Below, piece by piece: positions 28,322 through 37,703 of a DNA stretch of 64,000 nucleotides. The stretch's first letter is position 1, and every line of letters starts with the position of its first letter. The DNA is taken from IMG/VR virus record IMGVR_UViG_3300030390_001111, positions 8,802 to 72,801 of that record, one strand, 5' to 3'. The translations under genes were made by a program, and so were the position numbers. The notes below the pieces were generated by a model. That model made no database searches. It was not told the origin of the DNA and saw only the letters and a program-made list of their open reading frames with translations. This DNA is from a virus.

Positions 28322-31137
28322 TAAAAGCTCCAATTAAAGTTAATACCAGCTGTAGTAATTGTTTCATTTGTTCCAGCATAGTTTAAACGTGCTTCTGCAT
28401 GTGCTTTAATTGACATGTTATCAGTAACATTAAAGTTACGAAACACACCAAAGTCTATTTCACGCTTTGTTGCACTTAAATCACTATTGCTAGTTACATA
28501 GTCTACATCACCGGTTGCACTAACTGTGCTTGCTGATTTGAATGTTGCATTACCATTTGTAATTGCTACTGGTAAACTTGTTACAAATCCAAAATCACCT
28601 GTTTCAACATTACGTTTAATACCTAACGTTGCACTATTACTTATCAAGTCACTTGCATCAGTCATCATACTGTTACCTACATTTAGTTTTGTAACACCAA
28701 ACATTGCATTACCAAACAATGTAACATCGTTTGTTAGTGCTTTATCTAAGTTATAACCTGCATAAAACGTAGTTGCTCCATTAACATCCATAAGTGAATT
28801 GTCTGCAACATTACCAAGGAAACTGTTACCTTCTGTAACTGCACCAAACATAAACTTATCTACAGTTGTAGCAAATGCTATACTATCTTCGTTAATATTA
28901 AGAGCACCTGTTTCCATTGGAATAACTTGTCCATTACCATATCCAAAGTAATAGTCTGGAGCAAATCCTACACTAGCCGCTTGTGTTGTATCTGCTGAGC
29001 GTGTATCTGCAACACCAATCATGTTGTTACCATCTACATAAAAGTTACGATCAAAATCATCAACAACCATTAAACTTGAGATACTACCTAAATGCACTCC
29101 ACCACTCATTGCAAATGCACCCGAGTCTAAACTACTCTTGGCACCATCAATACGTCCACTAGTTGGAATACCTACGACACCTTGTGGACTAGTTGCTTCA
29201 TCTAAATCAAGCATACCTTGTCCATGCGTGTTTACATCATATCCATTAATGTCTTTGTTCGCTGTTTGTAACAATAGTTGAGTAATGTTCTCGCCTTTCA
29301 TATATGGCCACATTTGGTGAACAATACCTACTGCACCTGTGACTGCCGGAGCTGCCATTGATGTTCCGCTATTAGTTCTATATTCTCCATTTGCACTTGT
29401 TGATGCTACATAACGACCTGGTGCTAAAAGATACCAGTCACTAATTCTATGATCGTTTGCACACTCTCCGTTAGCACCAAAACACATTGTTCCTGCCTTG
29501 TTACTTGAGTTTGATATCTTATTTGTTTTAAGATCCCATGAACCAACTACTAATGCTTTACCGCCTAATAACAATTCGCCATCTTCGTTGGCCGCAATTG
29601 CATAGTGAGCCGGGAATGTTGGAACATCCATACGTTGGTTACCTGCGGCAAATACAACAACTGTTTCAGTATCTGACATAGCATCTGTAATTTGTGGTAA
29701 CATATAATCATCATCACTTGCTAAGTATGAATATCCATTTGTTTGGTATACACCATCAAATCTTGTGTCGGTGCTACGAAATACTCCATCACTAACTGCA
29801 ACAATACTTTTCTTATGCTCTCTGTCAACGTTATAGTTACCCGATACATTTACTGCATCAGCACCATTATTAGTTGCCCATTCAATACCTTTACCTAATA
29901 TTTGAAAATCATAGAATCCATTATCGTCTGCAACCTTACCAATAAGTAGTTTGGCATCCGGTGCTACACCTGTTGTGCCTACACCATCTAAGTTTGCCGC
30001 GGCAATACCTGCAACATGTGTTCCGTGTGAGTATTTGTTTTTGTCATCTATAGTTTGGCTTTCGCCCATGTCAATTAATCTTTGATCATTGCACATAGCT
30101 GTAAAACATTTACTATCAATAATTTTACCTGCAAACTCTGGATGGTCCATATCAATACCAGTATCTAGTATTGCTAATACACTACCTTTACCTGTCCAAC
30201 CTTTTGCCCAGGCATGTGGTGCTTTAATAGTTTCTAGACTGTTACCGTTGTTAATTAATCCACTGTCACGTGTAATATAATCTACATTAACATTAGGATT
30301 CATAACATGAACTGCATCAATATATGTTTGTGTTCCACCTAAATTAACATCGTCTCTTGCTAAGTATTCTTCTACTGTTAATACGTTGTCCGTTACAACA
30401 CCTAAGCCATCGCTTACGTTAACAACGACAACTGGTTCTTCAACAACGACAACTGGTTCTTCAACAACCTCTACAACTTCAATAACTTCTTCAACAACTT
30501 CAACAACTTCAACAGGACGTTCAAGTTCATATGTTCTAACAAAGTTACGTTCAGTTTCAGTTCGTGTTATATCTTCTACATTTGTAGCAACCAACTCTGT
30601 GCTAACTTCTGTAGAGGTAGACCCATCACTCCAATGCGTTGTAGTGAATGTGCCTTTATGCTTTTTTGTTGTAACTGTTTTTGTAAATGTGATTACAACA
30701 TCTTCGTATACACTAACTGTATAATCTTCTGTTGTTTCTGATTCTGTAGATGTGCGTGTAGAAACTTCAGGTGTTTCTGTAACTGCCTCATGTTCATTGT
30801 ATGTGTATGTTTTGTTAACTTCAGTAACTTCAATTACTTGTTTTGCACCAATTAGTTCTTCAAATCGATGTATCTCAGTTTCATAAAAGTTCACTGTTTC
30901 AACTAGCGTTGCGGCCCAACTGTATTGGCCGTATTTCTCTGCTAGTGGTTTCAATGATGCAAGACCATTTCTGTATGATCTCATCATATTTTTTGCAAAA
31001 GTATTCCGAGACTCAATATTTGTTATGTTTGACACCATATCATAGTAACTAAATGGTGCCGCATATGTTGGCAACGCAACAAACGACAAAGATATTACTG
31101 CAATAACAGTAACTATTGCTTTTCTTACAGTATTCAT
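28321..31137 (-). CDS. secreted subtilisin-like S8 peptidase with C-terminal beta-rich (autotransporter-like) domain
   Basis: Signal peptide; triad LDTG / HGTHVAG / GTSMAAP; AAGN oxyanion; terminal NFNWSF. Confidence 0.88.
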   Translation of the reverse strand: MNTVRKAIVTVIAVISLSFVALPTYAAPFSYYDMVSNITNIESRNTFAKNMMRSYRNGLASLKPLAEKYGQYSWAATLVETVNFYETEIHRFEELIGAKQVIEVTEVNKTYTYNEHEAVTETPEVSTRTSTESETTEDYTVSVYEDVVITFTKTVTTKKHKGTFTTTHWSDGSTSTEVSTELVATNVEDITRTETERNFVRTYELERPVEVVEVVEEVIEVVEVVEEPVVVVEEPVVVVNVSDGLGVVTDNVLTVEEYLARDDVNLGGTQTYIDAVHVMNPNVNVDYITRDSGLINNGNSLETIKAPHAWAKGWTGKGSVLAILDTGIDMDHPEFAGKIIDSKCFTAMCNDQRLIDMGESQTIDDKNKYSHGTHVAGIAAANLDGVGTTGVAPDAKLLIGKVADDNGFYDFQILGKGIEWATNNGADAVNVSGNYNVDREHKKSIVAVSDGVFRSTDTRFDGVYQTNGYSYLASDDDYMLPQITDAMSDTETVVVFAAGNQRMDVPTFPAHYAIAANEDGELLLGGKALVVGSWDLKTNKISNSSNKAGTMCFGANGECANDHRISDWYLLAPGRYVASTSANGEYRTNSGTSMAAPAVTGAVGIVHQMWPYMKGENITQLLLQTANKDINGYDVNTHGQGMLDLDEATSPQGVVGIPTSGRIDGAKSSLDSGAFAMSGGVHLGSISSLMVVDDFDRNFYVDGNNMIGVADTRSADTTQAASVGFAPDYYFGYGNGQVIPMETGALNINEDSIAFATTVDKFMFGAVTEGNSFLGNVADNSLMDVNGATTFYAGYNLDKALTNDVTLFGNAMFGVTKLNVGNSMMTDASDLISNSATLGIKRNVETGDFGFVTSLPVAITNGNATFKSASTVSATGDVDYVTSNSDLSATKREIDFGVFRNFNVTDNMSIKAHAEARLNYAGTNETITTAGINFNWSF
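30421..30468. repeat. 21-bp tandem repeat encoding EEPVVVV in the peptidase linker
   Basis: aacaacgacaactggttcttc x2 plus a partial copy. Confidence 0.8.
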
Positions 31138-31166
31138 AATTAACACTCCTATTGTTTTTTATGATT

Positions 31167-31206
31167 TATACTTATAGTATACAGTAAGACATCTTACTTG
31201 TCAACC
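31167..31206 (-). promoter_or_regulatory. sigma70 promoter with palindromic spacer (copy 2)
   Basis: 38/40 identical to 15606-15645; TTGACA-AGTAAGATGTCTTACTG-TATACT. Confidence 0.8.
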
Positions 31207-31212
31207 AGTTTT

Positions 31213-31776
31213 TTACGTATTATTGTAAAATTCATATGTTTCTTTAATAATACCTGTATCTTCTAGTGTATTTTCTAGTGTTTTACGCCCATATTCCACA
31301 CGATATAGTAACTTATCTCCATCAATATCAACTAATGCTAAGTTTAGCAAATGATGACTAAAGTTTTCTTCTTCCAAATATCCTGTAAAAAACGTGCCTT
31401 TTCTATCTCTAACACCTTTTAAATAACAACCTTTTCCAAGCGAGTTACATTCCATTGTAAATCTTACTGATTCATCAATGCTACTTGTTTTAAATACTTC
31501 ATTGCCATCTTCGTCAGTAACATGCACATGTATATGACTTGGACGTGGACCAAATACCTCTATAAGTCTATCACGCTTTGATTTTGCCATTCCAAGAAAC
31601 AATGGATCTTCTTCATCGCTTATTGGGTTGTCTGGGTGTTCACCATAGGAATCTTCAAACAAATGTCTTTTTGTATGTTCTGCATCTTGTTTATTCCAAA
31701 ATTCATATTGTTCTAATGTTATGCGTCTTATATGTAAATTTGCACCGTATCCGTTTACTACTATTTTATATTTCAT
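31213..31776 (-). CDS. hypothetical protein, tandem paralog of ORF 31773
   Basis: Same length (187 aa); shared NGYG, EQY.FW, HLF, NP..D..DP.FLG, KG.F and RVEY motifs. Confidence 0.7.
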   Translation of the reverse strand: MKYKIVVNGYGANLHIRRITLEQYEFWNKQDAEHTKRHLFEDSYGEHPDNPISDEEDPLFLGMAKSKRDRLIEVFGPRPSHIHVHVTDEDGNEVFKTSSIDESVRFTMECNSLGKGCYLKGVRDRKGTFFTGYLEEENFSHHLLNLALVDIDGDKLLYRVEYGRKTLENTLEDTGIIKETYEFYNNT

Positions 31777-32336
31777 ACCATTTCATATAGCTCAAAACCC
31801 TGACCTTTTCCGGTTGTCCCGTCCATGTCATAGTCAAGCTCTTCTCCGTCATATTCAACTCTTGAGATTATATTATCTCCTTCAACGCTGGTTACATAAA
31901 ATCTTAATTTAGCAGAATCAAAATTATCTGTTTCAATTTCTGCTATATAAAAATTACCTTTTTCTGAAGTCCATCCTTTAAAATAATATCCAGGATCTTG
32001 ATCATCAACATCTAATGTTTCTGTCTTAACTATTTTAGGTTCTTCTGTTTCCCATACTGTATTGCCGCTATCATCTGTAACTTCAATATGACACATATCT
32101 ACTTGAGCACCATTAAGATGTTCAATACTGTCAATATCATGCCAGTATCCCAAAAACCTAGGGTCATCAGGATCAGTAACAGGGTTACCTTCATCTTCTT
32201 CATATGGGTCCCAAAATAAATGACTGTTCATGCTGTCATCATCTTGTTTATCTACCCAAAAGTCGTATTGTTCTTTAGTTAACTTACCCAATACAACTTC
32301 ACCGCCATAGCCGTTAATTGTTATTTCATAAGTCAT
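31773..32336 (-). CDS. acidic hypothetical protein, tandem paralog of ORF 31213
   Basis: Shared motifs as listed for ORF 31213. Confidence 0.7.
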   Translation of the reverse strand: MTYEITINGYGGEVVLGKLTKEQYDFWVDKQDDDSMNSHLFWDPYEEDEGNPVTDPDDPRFLGYWHDIDSIEHLNGAQVDMCHIEVTDDSGNTVWETEEPKIVKTETLDVDDQDPGYYFKGWTSEKGNFYIAEIETDNFDSAKLRFYVTSVEGDNIISRVEYDGEELDYDMDGTTGKGQGFELYEMV

Positions 32337-32691
32337 TTGGATCTTCTCCTAACTTGTTTAAAAATTTCTTCTGCTCAACTCGTCTGTCTAAATCCCATTC
32401 TATGTTAAAGTTTTTTGTTTCTACCATTTCTTTAATCATATCTGACAGAGATTCAATTTGTAATTTCTGTTCATGAATTATTTCAGTAACATTTATTCTA
32501 TCTCCGTTTGGAGGTTGTTGAATAATATCTCCTAAAACTACAAAATCAGAATCTGGTTCATCGAGCGTAATTGTGTTACTACTATAGTCAATTAAATCGC
32601 CAACTTCTATGCTATAATTATTTGACCCATAGGAGTAGTAACTGTCAGTAGTATCAGTATTAACAGTTATTACGCAATCATCTGGATTCAT
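32326..32691 (-). CDS. hypothetical protein
   Basis: AGGAG SD. Confidence 0.6.
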   Translation of the reverse strand: MNPDDCVITVNTDTTDSYYSYGSNNYSIEVGDLIDYSSNTITLDEPDSDFVVLGDIIQQPPNGDRINVTEIIHEQKLQIESLSDMIKEMVETKNFNIEWDLDRRVEQKKFLNKLGEDPNDL

Positions 32692-32702
32692 ACTACACTC
32701 CT

Positions 32703-32927
32703 TTATTCTGGAACGGTCATATCAACTGCAAAATGAATATCTAGCATCTCTAGTCTATCATGTGCTGTTGCCATTGCATCTAATTCTTTTTGAATTGTTT
32801 CGATGATATCTGAATGTTCACCAATGCCTACAACGTTCTGCATGTAGACTTCAATGTTAGTTTTGTGTAGCTCGATCTCCGCCTCTGCGTGTTTCCTAGC
32901 TGCATTAATCATTTGTTGTCTCAACAT
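32703..32927 (-). CDS. hypothetical protein
   Basis: Helical 74-aa ORF with GIGEHSDI. Confidence 0.65.
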   Translation of the reverse strand: MLRQQMINAARKHAEAEIELHKTNIEVYMQNVVGIGEHSDIIETIQKELDAMATAHDRLEMLDIHFAVDMTVPE

Positions 32928-32942
32928 AAGTTCCTTTCCTTT

Positions 32943-33494
32943 TTAAAAGTTTCCGTAGTCTCGTTCACCTTCCCACGGAAATACTACCCATACATCTTTT
33001 TCCATCTTATTGATTTCCATAGCTGTATAGTCGCATTCGCCAAAATTACTTGCTTGATTATCTAATAGACAAGCAAATCTGACATTATTGCCCCATACTG
33101 TTTCCCAACCTTTGTCGTTAGGTAAACAACTTTGAGGCCAATCTTTTTTAATCCATTCCATAGTTTTACCACTATCATTAATATCATCAAAGATTAATAT
33201 ATTCTTTCTATGACTGATGTGTGATAATCCATCTCCCTGATAACCAAATGCTTCTTCGGCCATCCAAGTATTAGATTCTGGACCACTGTAATTATTTCCT
33301 GTGTCTCTAAACCTTACATCCAATGCATGCATTGTTATGCCTGTCATGTTGGACATCATGACAGCTGGCACTAGACCACCACGTGTCATACCAACAATAT
33401 AATCTGGACGCCAATTGTCTGCAAACATAAGATTATTAACTGTATTAACCATATGTTCAATATCTTTCCATGTGTAATATACTTTGCTTACCAT
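32943..33494 (-). CDS. type I phosphoribosyltransferase (xanthine/guanine PRT-like)
   Basis: VGMTRGGLVPA, PRPP loop LIFDDINDSGKT, terminal WVVFPWE. Confidence 0.85.
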   Translation of the reverse strand: MVSKVYYTWKDIEHMVNTVNNLMFADNWRPDYIVGMTRGGLVPAVMMSNMTGITMHALDVRFRDTGNNYSGPESNTWMAEEAFGYQGDGLSHISHRKNILIFDDINDSGKTMEWIKKDWPQSCLPNDKGWETVWGNNVRFACLLDNQASNFGECDYTAMEINKMEKDVWVVFPWEGERDYGNF

Positions 33495-33697
33495 AGCTCT
33501 AGTGTTCTCCCATTTCCTAAAATAATCATAAGACATGTTACAATGTGTAACACTATCCAAAACGTGCGAAATGTTAATGCACGTCTTACATCTTTTTGTG
33601 TAATAGGCAAAAACTCAGGCTTGTCCTCATCGTTGAGTCCAATTGGCATTCCAACTGTTCTCGCCCATAATTTAAGCCATCGTCTTTGCCCTTCCAT
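33488..33697 (-). CDS. small membrane protein
   Basis: 69-aa ORF with one TM segment and overlapping junctions. Confidence 0.55.
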   Translation of the reverse strand: MEGQRRWLKLWARTVGMPIGLNDEDKPEFLPITQKDVRRALTFRTFWIVLHIVTCLMIILGNGRTLELW

Positions 33698-33876
33698 TAC
33701 ATTGCGTTCTTTTTTTCTTGGATTTCCTTACGTCTTTCTTTTGTAAGTTTACCCAGCTCGCCAAGTGCTTTACGGGCTCTTGATGCAGCCGCTTTAATTG
33801 GCTTTTCAGATTCCCATGATTCATGTTCTTTAACATATGTTTCATATGCTTCTGTAATTTTATCGTGATTTGTCAT
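33697..33876 (-). CDS. histone H1-like (Hc1-type) small basic protein (not in ORF track)
   Basis: Manual translation MTNHDKITEAYETYVKEHESWESEKPIKAAASRARKALGELGKLTKERRKEIQEKKNAM; AGGAG SD. Confidence 0.7.
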   Translation of the reverse strand: MTNHDKITEAYETYVKEHESWESEKPIKAAASRARKALGELGKLTKERRKEIQEKKNAM

Positions 33877-33895
33877 TTTTTCTCCTTGTGTTCAG

Positions 33896-34594
33896 TTACT
33901 TGGCTGCAAAATCTGATTGAAGTTTAATGTTATCCATAAACTCTTCTTTTGTTGCAGGGTCATTTTTAAATGCGCCTTTAAGAACTGTGGTTTGTGTTAA
34001 ACTGCTATGTGCCATAATGCCTCTATTCTCACAACAACCATGTGTTGCTTGAATATAAACACCTACATTTTCTGACTTAGTTGCTTTCATAATCTCACGT
34101 GAGATATCCATAGCAAGTTCTTCTTGTAGTGTTCCACGTCTTGCACACCATTGTGCGATACGTGTATACTTCGATAGTCCAATAAGTGTATCAGCGGCAA
34201 TAATGCCAATGTATGCTACACCTGTTACTGGTTGGTGATGATGTGAACAAACACTTTTAAGTTCACTTCGCACAACCAACATTCCATCATAACATTCATT
34301 TGTAATGTTATCTGGATCATTAGGAAATGCTGTTGCCGGTGGAGCGGTTTCGTATCGCCCTGCCATTAATTCATTGTAATACATTTTAGCTAAACGCCTA
34401 CCTGTATCCATGCTGTTAGGATCTGTTTTCCTATCAATAATTAATGTATCTAATACTGTTTCAAAGGCAACTGCGGCCTCATCAATTAGTTTTTCTTTGT
34501 CACCGTTTTGTAATACTTGACTGATGTTATCACCAGCCCAATATCTAATGCCTGCTTCTTCTAATTTGTTTCTTATTTGTTCTGCTTTTCCCAT
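33896..34594 (-). CDS. folE: GTP cyclohydrolase I
   Basis: SVCSHHHQP, IGLSKYTRI, LQEEL, HGCCENRG. Confidence 0.95.
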   Translation of the reverse strand: MGKAEQIRNKLEEAGIRYWAGDNISQVLQNGDKEKLIDEAAVAFETVLDTLIIDRKTDPNSMDTGRRLAKMYYNELMAGRYETAPPATAFPNDPDNITNECYDGMLVVRSELKSVCSHHHQPVTGVAYIGIIAADTLIGLSKYTRIAQWCARRGTLQEELAMDISREIMKATKSENVGVYIQATHGCCENRGIMAHSSLTQTTVLKGAFKNDPATKEEFMDNIKLQSDFAAK

Positions 34595-34608
34595 TTACTT
34601 CTCCGAGT

Positions 34609-35562
34609 TTAAGACGAGGATGTCTTGTTAGTTTTCATATACCATTTGTAAGCTGAGCTTACAATATCATTAAGACCTTTTTGTGGCACCCATGATAGTT
34701 CTTCAGTTGCCTTCATATCTGCTACAAGTATTGGAGGATCTCCTGCTCTTGCTTCAGCAAAGGCTGTGTTCACCATTAATGGTGTTTGCAATGCTACTGC
34801 ATCTACAATCTCTTTATTACTACTACCTTCACCACTACCTAAATTAAATACGTGGGCTCCAGTGTTGTTTTCTAAATAATTTATTGAAGCATTAATACCG
34901 CCTGCAATATCTTCTACATGTATATAATCTCTAATACATGTTCCATCTGGTGTAGGATAATTATTACCATAAAAAGTAAATGTTTTCTCAGCCATTGCAC
35001 TTTCCATTACTCTTGCAATAATGTGTGTTGCGGCTTTTTCTTGTCCCATCTCACCATCTGTATCAGCACCAGCAACGTTAAAGAAACGTAAACTAACACT
35101 GTTCATATTGTATGCTCTTGCAAAATCTTCAAGCATTATTTCTGTCATACGCTTACTCCATCCATATGGATTACTTGGCGTATTACCATCTTCAATTCTA
35201 CATATGCCATCTTCAACAATGCCATAACAGGCGGCCGAACTTGCGAAAACAAATTTGTTAACGTTTTGTATCTTGCAGTCTCGCATTAACGCCAATGTCC
35301 CTTGCACATTATTTTGATAATATGTGTGAGGATCTGTCATGCTAGGACCCACTAGACTAGTGGCCGCTATATGAACACAAGCATCAACTCCAAGCAATAG
35401 GTCTTGGATGTCGTTGTAGTCACGATCATCATGGAATACTGTGTAGTAGTCGTGACGTGGTTTGTGCCTGTCTACTCCAATAACTTCATGTCCTGCTAAC
35501 GTTAATGTCTTACATGTTTGACTGCCGATATATCCGGCCGCTCCTGTTATAACAATCTTCAT
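34609..35562 (-). CDS. galE: UDP-glucose 4-epimerase
   Basis: TGAAGYIGS, SSAACYG, YGWSK (YxxxK), RFFNVAGA, DGTCIRDYIHV. Confidence 0.9.
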   Translation of the reverse strand: MKIVITGAAGYIGSQTCKTLTLAGHEVIGVDRHKPRHDYYTVFHDDRDYNDIQDLLLGVDACVHIAATSLVGPSMTDPHTYYQNNVQGTLALMRDCKIQNVNKFVFASSAACYGIVEDGICRIEDGNTPSNPYGWSKRMTEIMLEDFARAYNMNSVSLRFFNVAGADTDGEMGQEKAATHIIARVMESAMAEKTFTFYGNNYPTPDGTCIRDYIHVEDIAGGINASINYLENNTGAHVFNLGSGEGSSNKEIVDAVALQTPLMVNTAFAEARAGDPPILVADMKATEELSWVPQKGLNDIVSSAYKWYMKTNKTSSS

Positions 35563-36737
35563 GCGTATTTTGCCTCCGCAACAAAGTCTCTGTAGCGGTT
35601 GCCACTACGTAGCCATTGTTCACCATTTCCTTGCATAATATCAATCATACGATCAATAGTGCCATTATTCCAATCACTAATCTTACCCATGTTTTTAGAA
35701 GGTGCATCAAGTCCTGCAAGGATCTTTTCAACTGCGTGTTCTTTACTCCATGGTGTGTATAGACGTGTGTGATCGTTTGCAAACGTTTCAGGAAAGCTAC
35801 GATATGCAGGGTAAACTACATTGCAACCTAATGCATCTGCTTCACTAACGGTATTAGATACCCAGTCTTGCAATGCACAATTAAACAATACTTTACTATC
35901 ATTGACGATATCATAGTATTGATTTTTCTTTAGGTCTTCGTATATTTTTAACTTACCTTCGTCTTGCATCTTATAGGCACGATCCAAATACTTCTGGTTG
36001 TTACTACGTAGTGGCCCGCCACTTAGCACTGCAAACTCTGTATCAGGTCGTTGTTGCAATACCATTTCAATAACATCCATGTAAAAGTCAGGTTGTTTCT
36101 CCTGATCGAATCGGGCAGCAAAAATTACACGGTTGTTACGTTGATCAAATGATTTAATATTATCTACACCAATACGACTTTGCACTTCGGCTTTACCAAA
36201 GCTAAGTCCTGATATATTATATAGTGGTGCTTCCCAATTTGCAATTCTCATGTGTGCAATCATTTCTTCGTTTGTTGCCAACACTGTTGCAAATTGATTA
36301 ACCATTTGCTCATACAAGCTCATCCATTTACCCATGCCCCAAACGTGGACAAAGTCATCTGGATCTACTGCTTGTGCTAGACACCTTACATAAACTGTAG
36401 GGCGTTGTTCTTGTGGAATCTGATTCATAATATACGGAAGGGATTCCATACCAGGTTGAAACATATCTTCAAATAAGATTGCATCTTCTCCTGTGCATTC
36501 TCCATTACGCATCAGTTGAACTAGATTCATAATCTGTGACATTCCAAAGAAACTTCTGCCATGTGCGTCTAGCACTTGTCCAACACTAATAGCTTTAGTG
36601 TCATCAATAGTTTCTCCTGGAACGATAGTATAGTCTATTCCTCGTTTTTTGAATACCGCTTCTGCCCAGTCTTGCAACTGTAGTGTGTAGCGGCCTTCGT
36701 ATGGTTCGAGGCCCATATAAAATAGTTTACGAAACAT
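35559..36737 (-). CDS. GT-B (GT4-like) glycosyltransferase
   Basis: FAARFDQEKQP (R...K donor contact) and DWVSNTVSEADALG (D/E-x7-E). Confidence 0.75.
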   Translation of the reverse strand: MFRKLFYMGLEPYEGRYTLQLQDWAEAVFKKRGIDYTIVPGETIDDTKAISVGQVLDAHGRSFFGMSQIMNLVQLMRNGECTGEDAILFEDMFQPGMESLPYIMNQIPQEQRPTVYVRCLAQAVDPDDFVHVWGMGKWMSLYEQMVNQFATVLATNEEMIAHMRIANWEAPLYNISGLSFGKAEVQSRIGVDNIKSFDQRNNRVIFAARFDQEKQPDFYMDVIEMVLQQRPDTEFAVLSGGPLRSNNQKYLDRAYKMQDEGKLKIYEDLKKNQYYDIVNDSKVLFNCALQDWVSNTVSEADALGCNVVYPAYRSFPETFANDHTRLYTPWSKEHAVEKILAGLDAPSKNMGKISDWNNGTIDRMIDIMQGNGEQWLRSGNRYRDFVAEAKYA

Positions 36738-37074
36738 TTGTTACCTCAGGTTTGTAAACTAGTTTGCCAACATGAATCTTCAACTTCTTGGGTGAACGAT
36801 CACGGTGCATTTGCACTTGAACATCATATGTGAAAGCATTTTCTTTTTCCACATTATCAATGTTAAATCCAAAAATCTTCCAAGAATGTTTTAAGTCATT
36901 CAAGTAAGAAATAAACAAAGAACGAATAACAGTTACGTCTTTGTCACTGTGCATTAACCCATCATAGGGTTGAATGATTTTTAATAGATCGTATTTCACA
37001 TCATTAATGTTATATTGACCTGAAATGCGATACCGGTTAGCATAGCTAGTTTTGTTTGTAGTAGTGTTTGACAT
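36727..37074 (-). CDS. hypothetical protein
   Basis: 115-aa ORF with AGGA SD. Confidence 0.6.
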   Translation of the reverse strand: MSNTTTNKTSYANRYRISGQYNINDVKYDLLKIIQPYDGLMHSDKDVTVIRSLFISYLNDLKHSWKIFGFNIDNVEKENAFTYDVQVQMHRDRSPKKLKIHVGKLVYKPEVTNVS

Positions 37075-37112
37075 TGTTCATGTTCCTTCTGTCAAATTAG
37101 TTAGTTACGTTT

Positions 37113-37496
37113 TTAATCATCTGTAAATTGCATATTGGCGCCATTCTCATTATCTTCAGCGATACTAATTTTAAGTTCACGCTTTGGATACTTGTTAAGA
37201 ATAACTTGTGCTAACTCTTCTGCAATCATTTCACAACTACGGTGATTTAGTTCTAGTGTTCCATCACTATAAAGTGATTCTAACCAACGCTTGAACTGAA
37301 TAAATTCAATGTCTCTATCATTGTGTTTTACACTAATCTCTACACGAAAGTGAAAGATATGTCTGTGTGCTACACCAAGAAATGAAACATCGTCCCATCC
37401 GCCTGTTGCTAATGCTGGGTCGTCTTTTGCTGCAGGATACAAATGTATTCCTTCTTTTTGAAATGTTACCCAGATGTTACGAGCTGACACTTGCAT
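37113..37496 (-). CDS. queD: QueD-like 6-carboxytetrahydropterin synthase (T-fold)
   Basis: GIH...HRHIFHFRV Zn ligands, IEFIQFKR, SCEMIA, terminal EDNENG. Confidence 0.65.
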   Translation of the reverse strand: MQVSARNIWVTFQKEGIHLYPAAKDDPALATGGWDDVSFLGVAHRHIFHFRVEISVKHNDRDIEFIQFKRWLESLYSDGTLELNHRSCEMIAEELAQVILNKYPKRELKISIAEDNENGANMQFTDD

Positions 37497-37693
37497 TACT
37501 CAGCCTCATCTTTATCTGTTGCTTCGTCATATTTACGTGCAAGTTTAAGTAATTCCCATAGCTTCCAATCGATAGCTTCTAGGAACTTCATTAACGCTTC
37601 TGTGTCTAGATTAGATTCAACAGGAGTAGCATCAGTTGTTTCTGTTGCTTCTGTATTATTATCATCATCTAGTAGCCTTACTTTTTTTACCAT
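37496..37693 (-). CDS. hypothetical protein
   Basis: GGAG SD, IDWKLWE core. Confidence 0.6.
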   Translation of the reverse strand: MVKKVRLLDDDNNTEATETTDATPVESNLDTEALMKFLEAIDWKLWELLKLARKYDEATDKDEAE

Positions 37694-37703
37694 AATATAT
37701 CTC

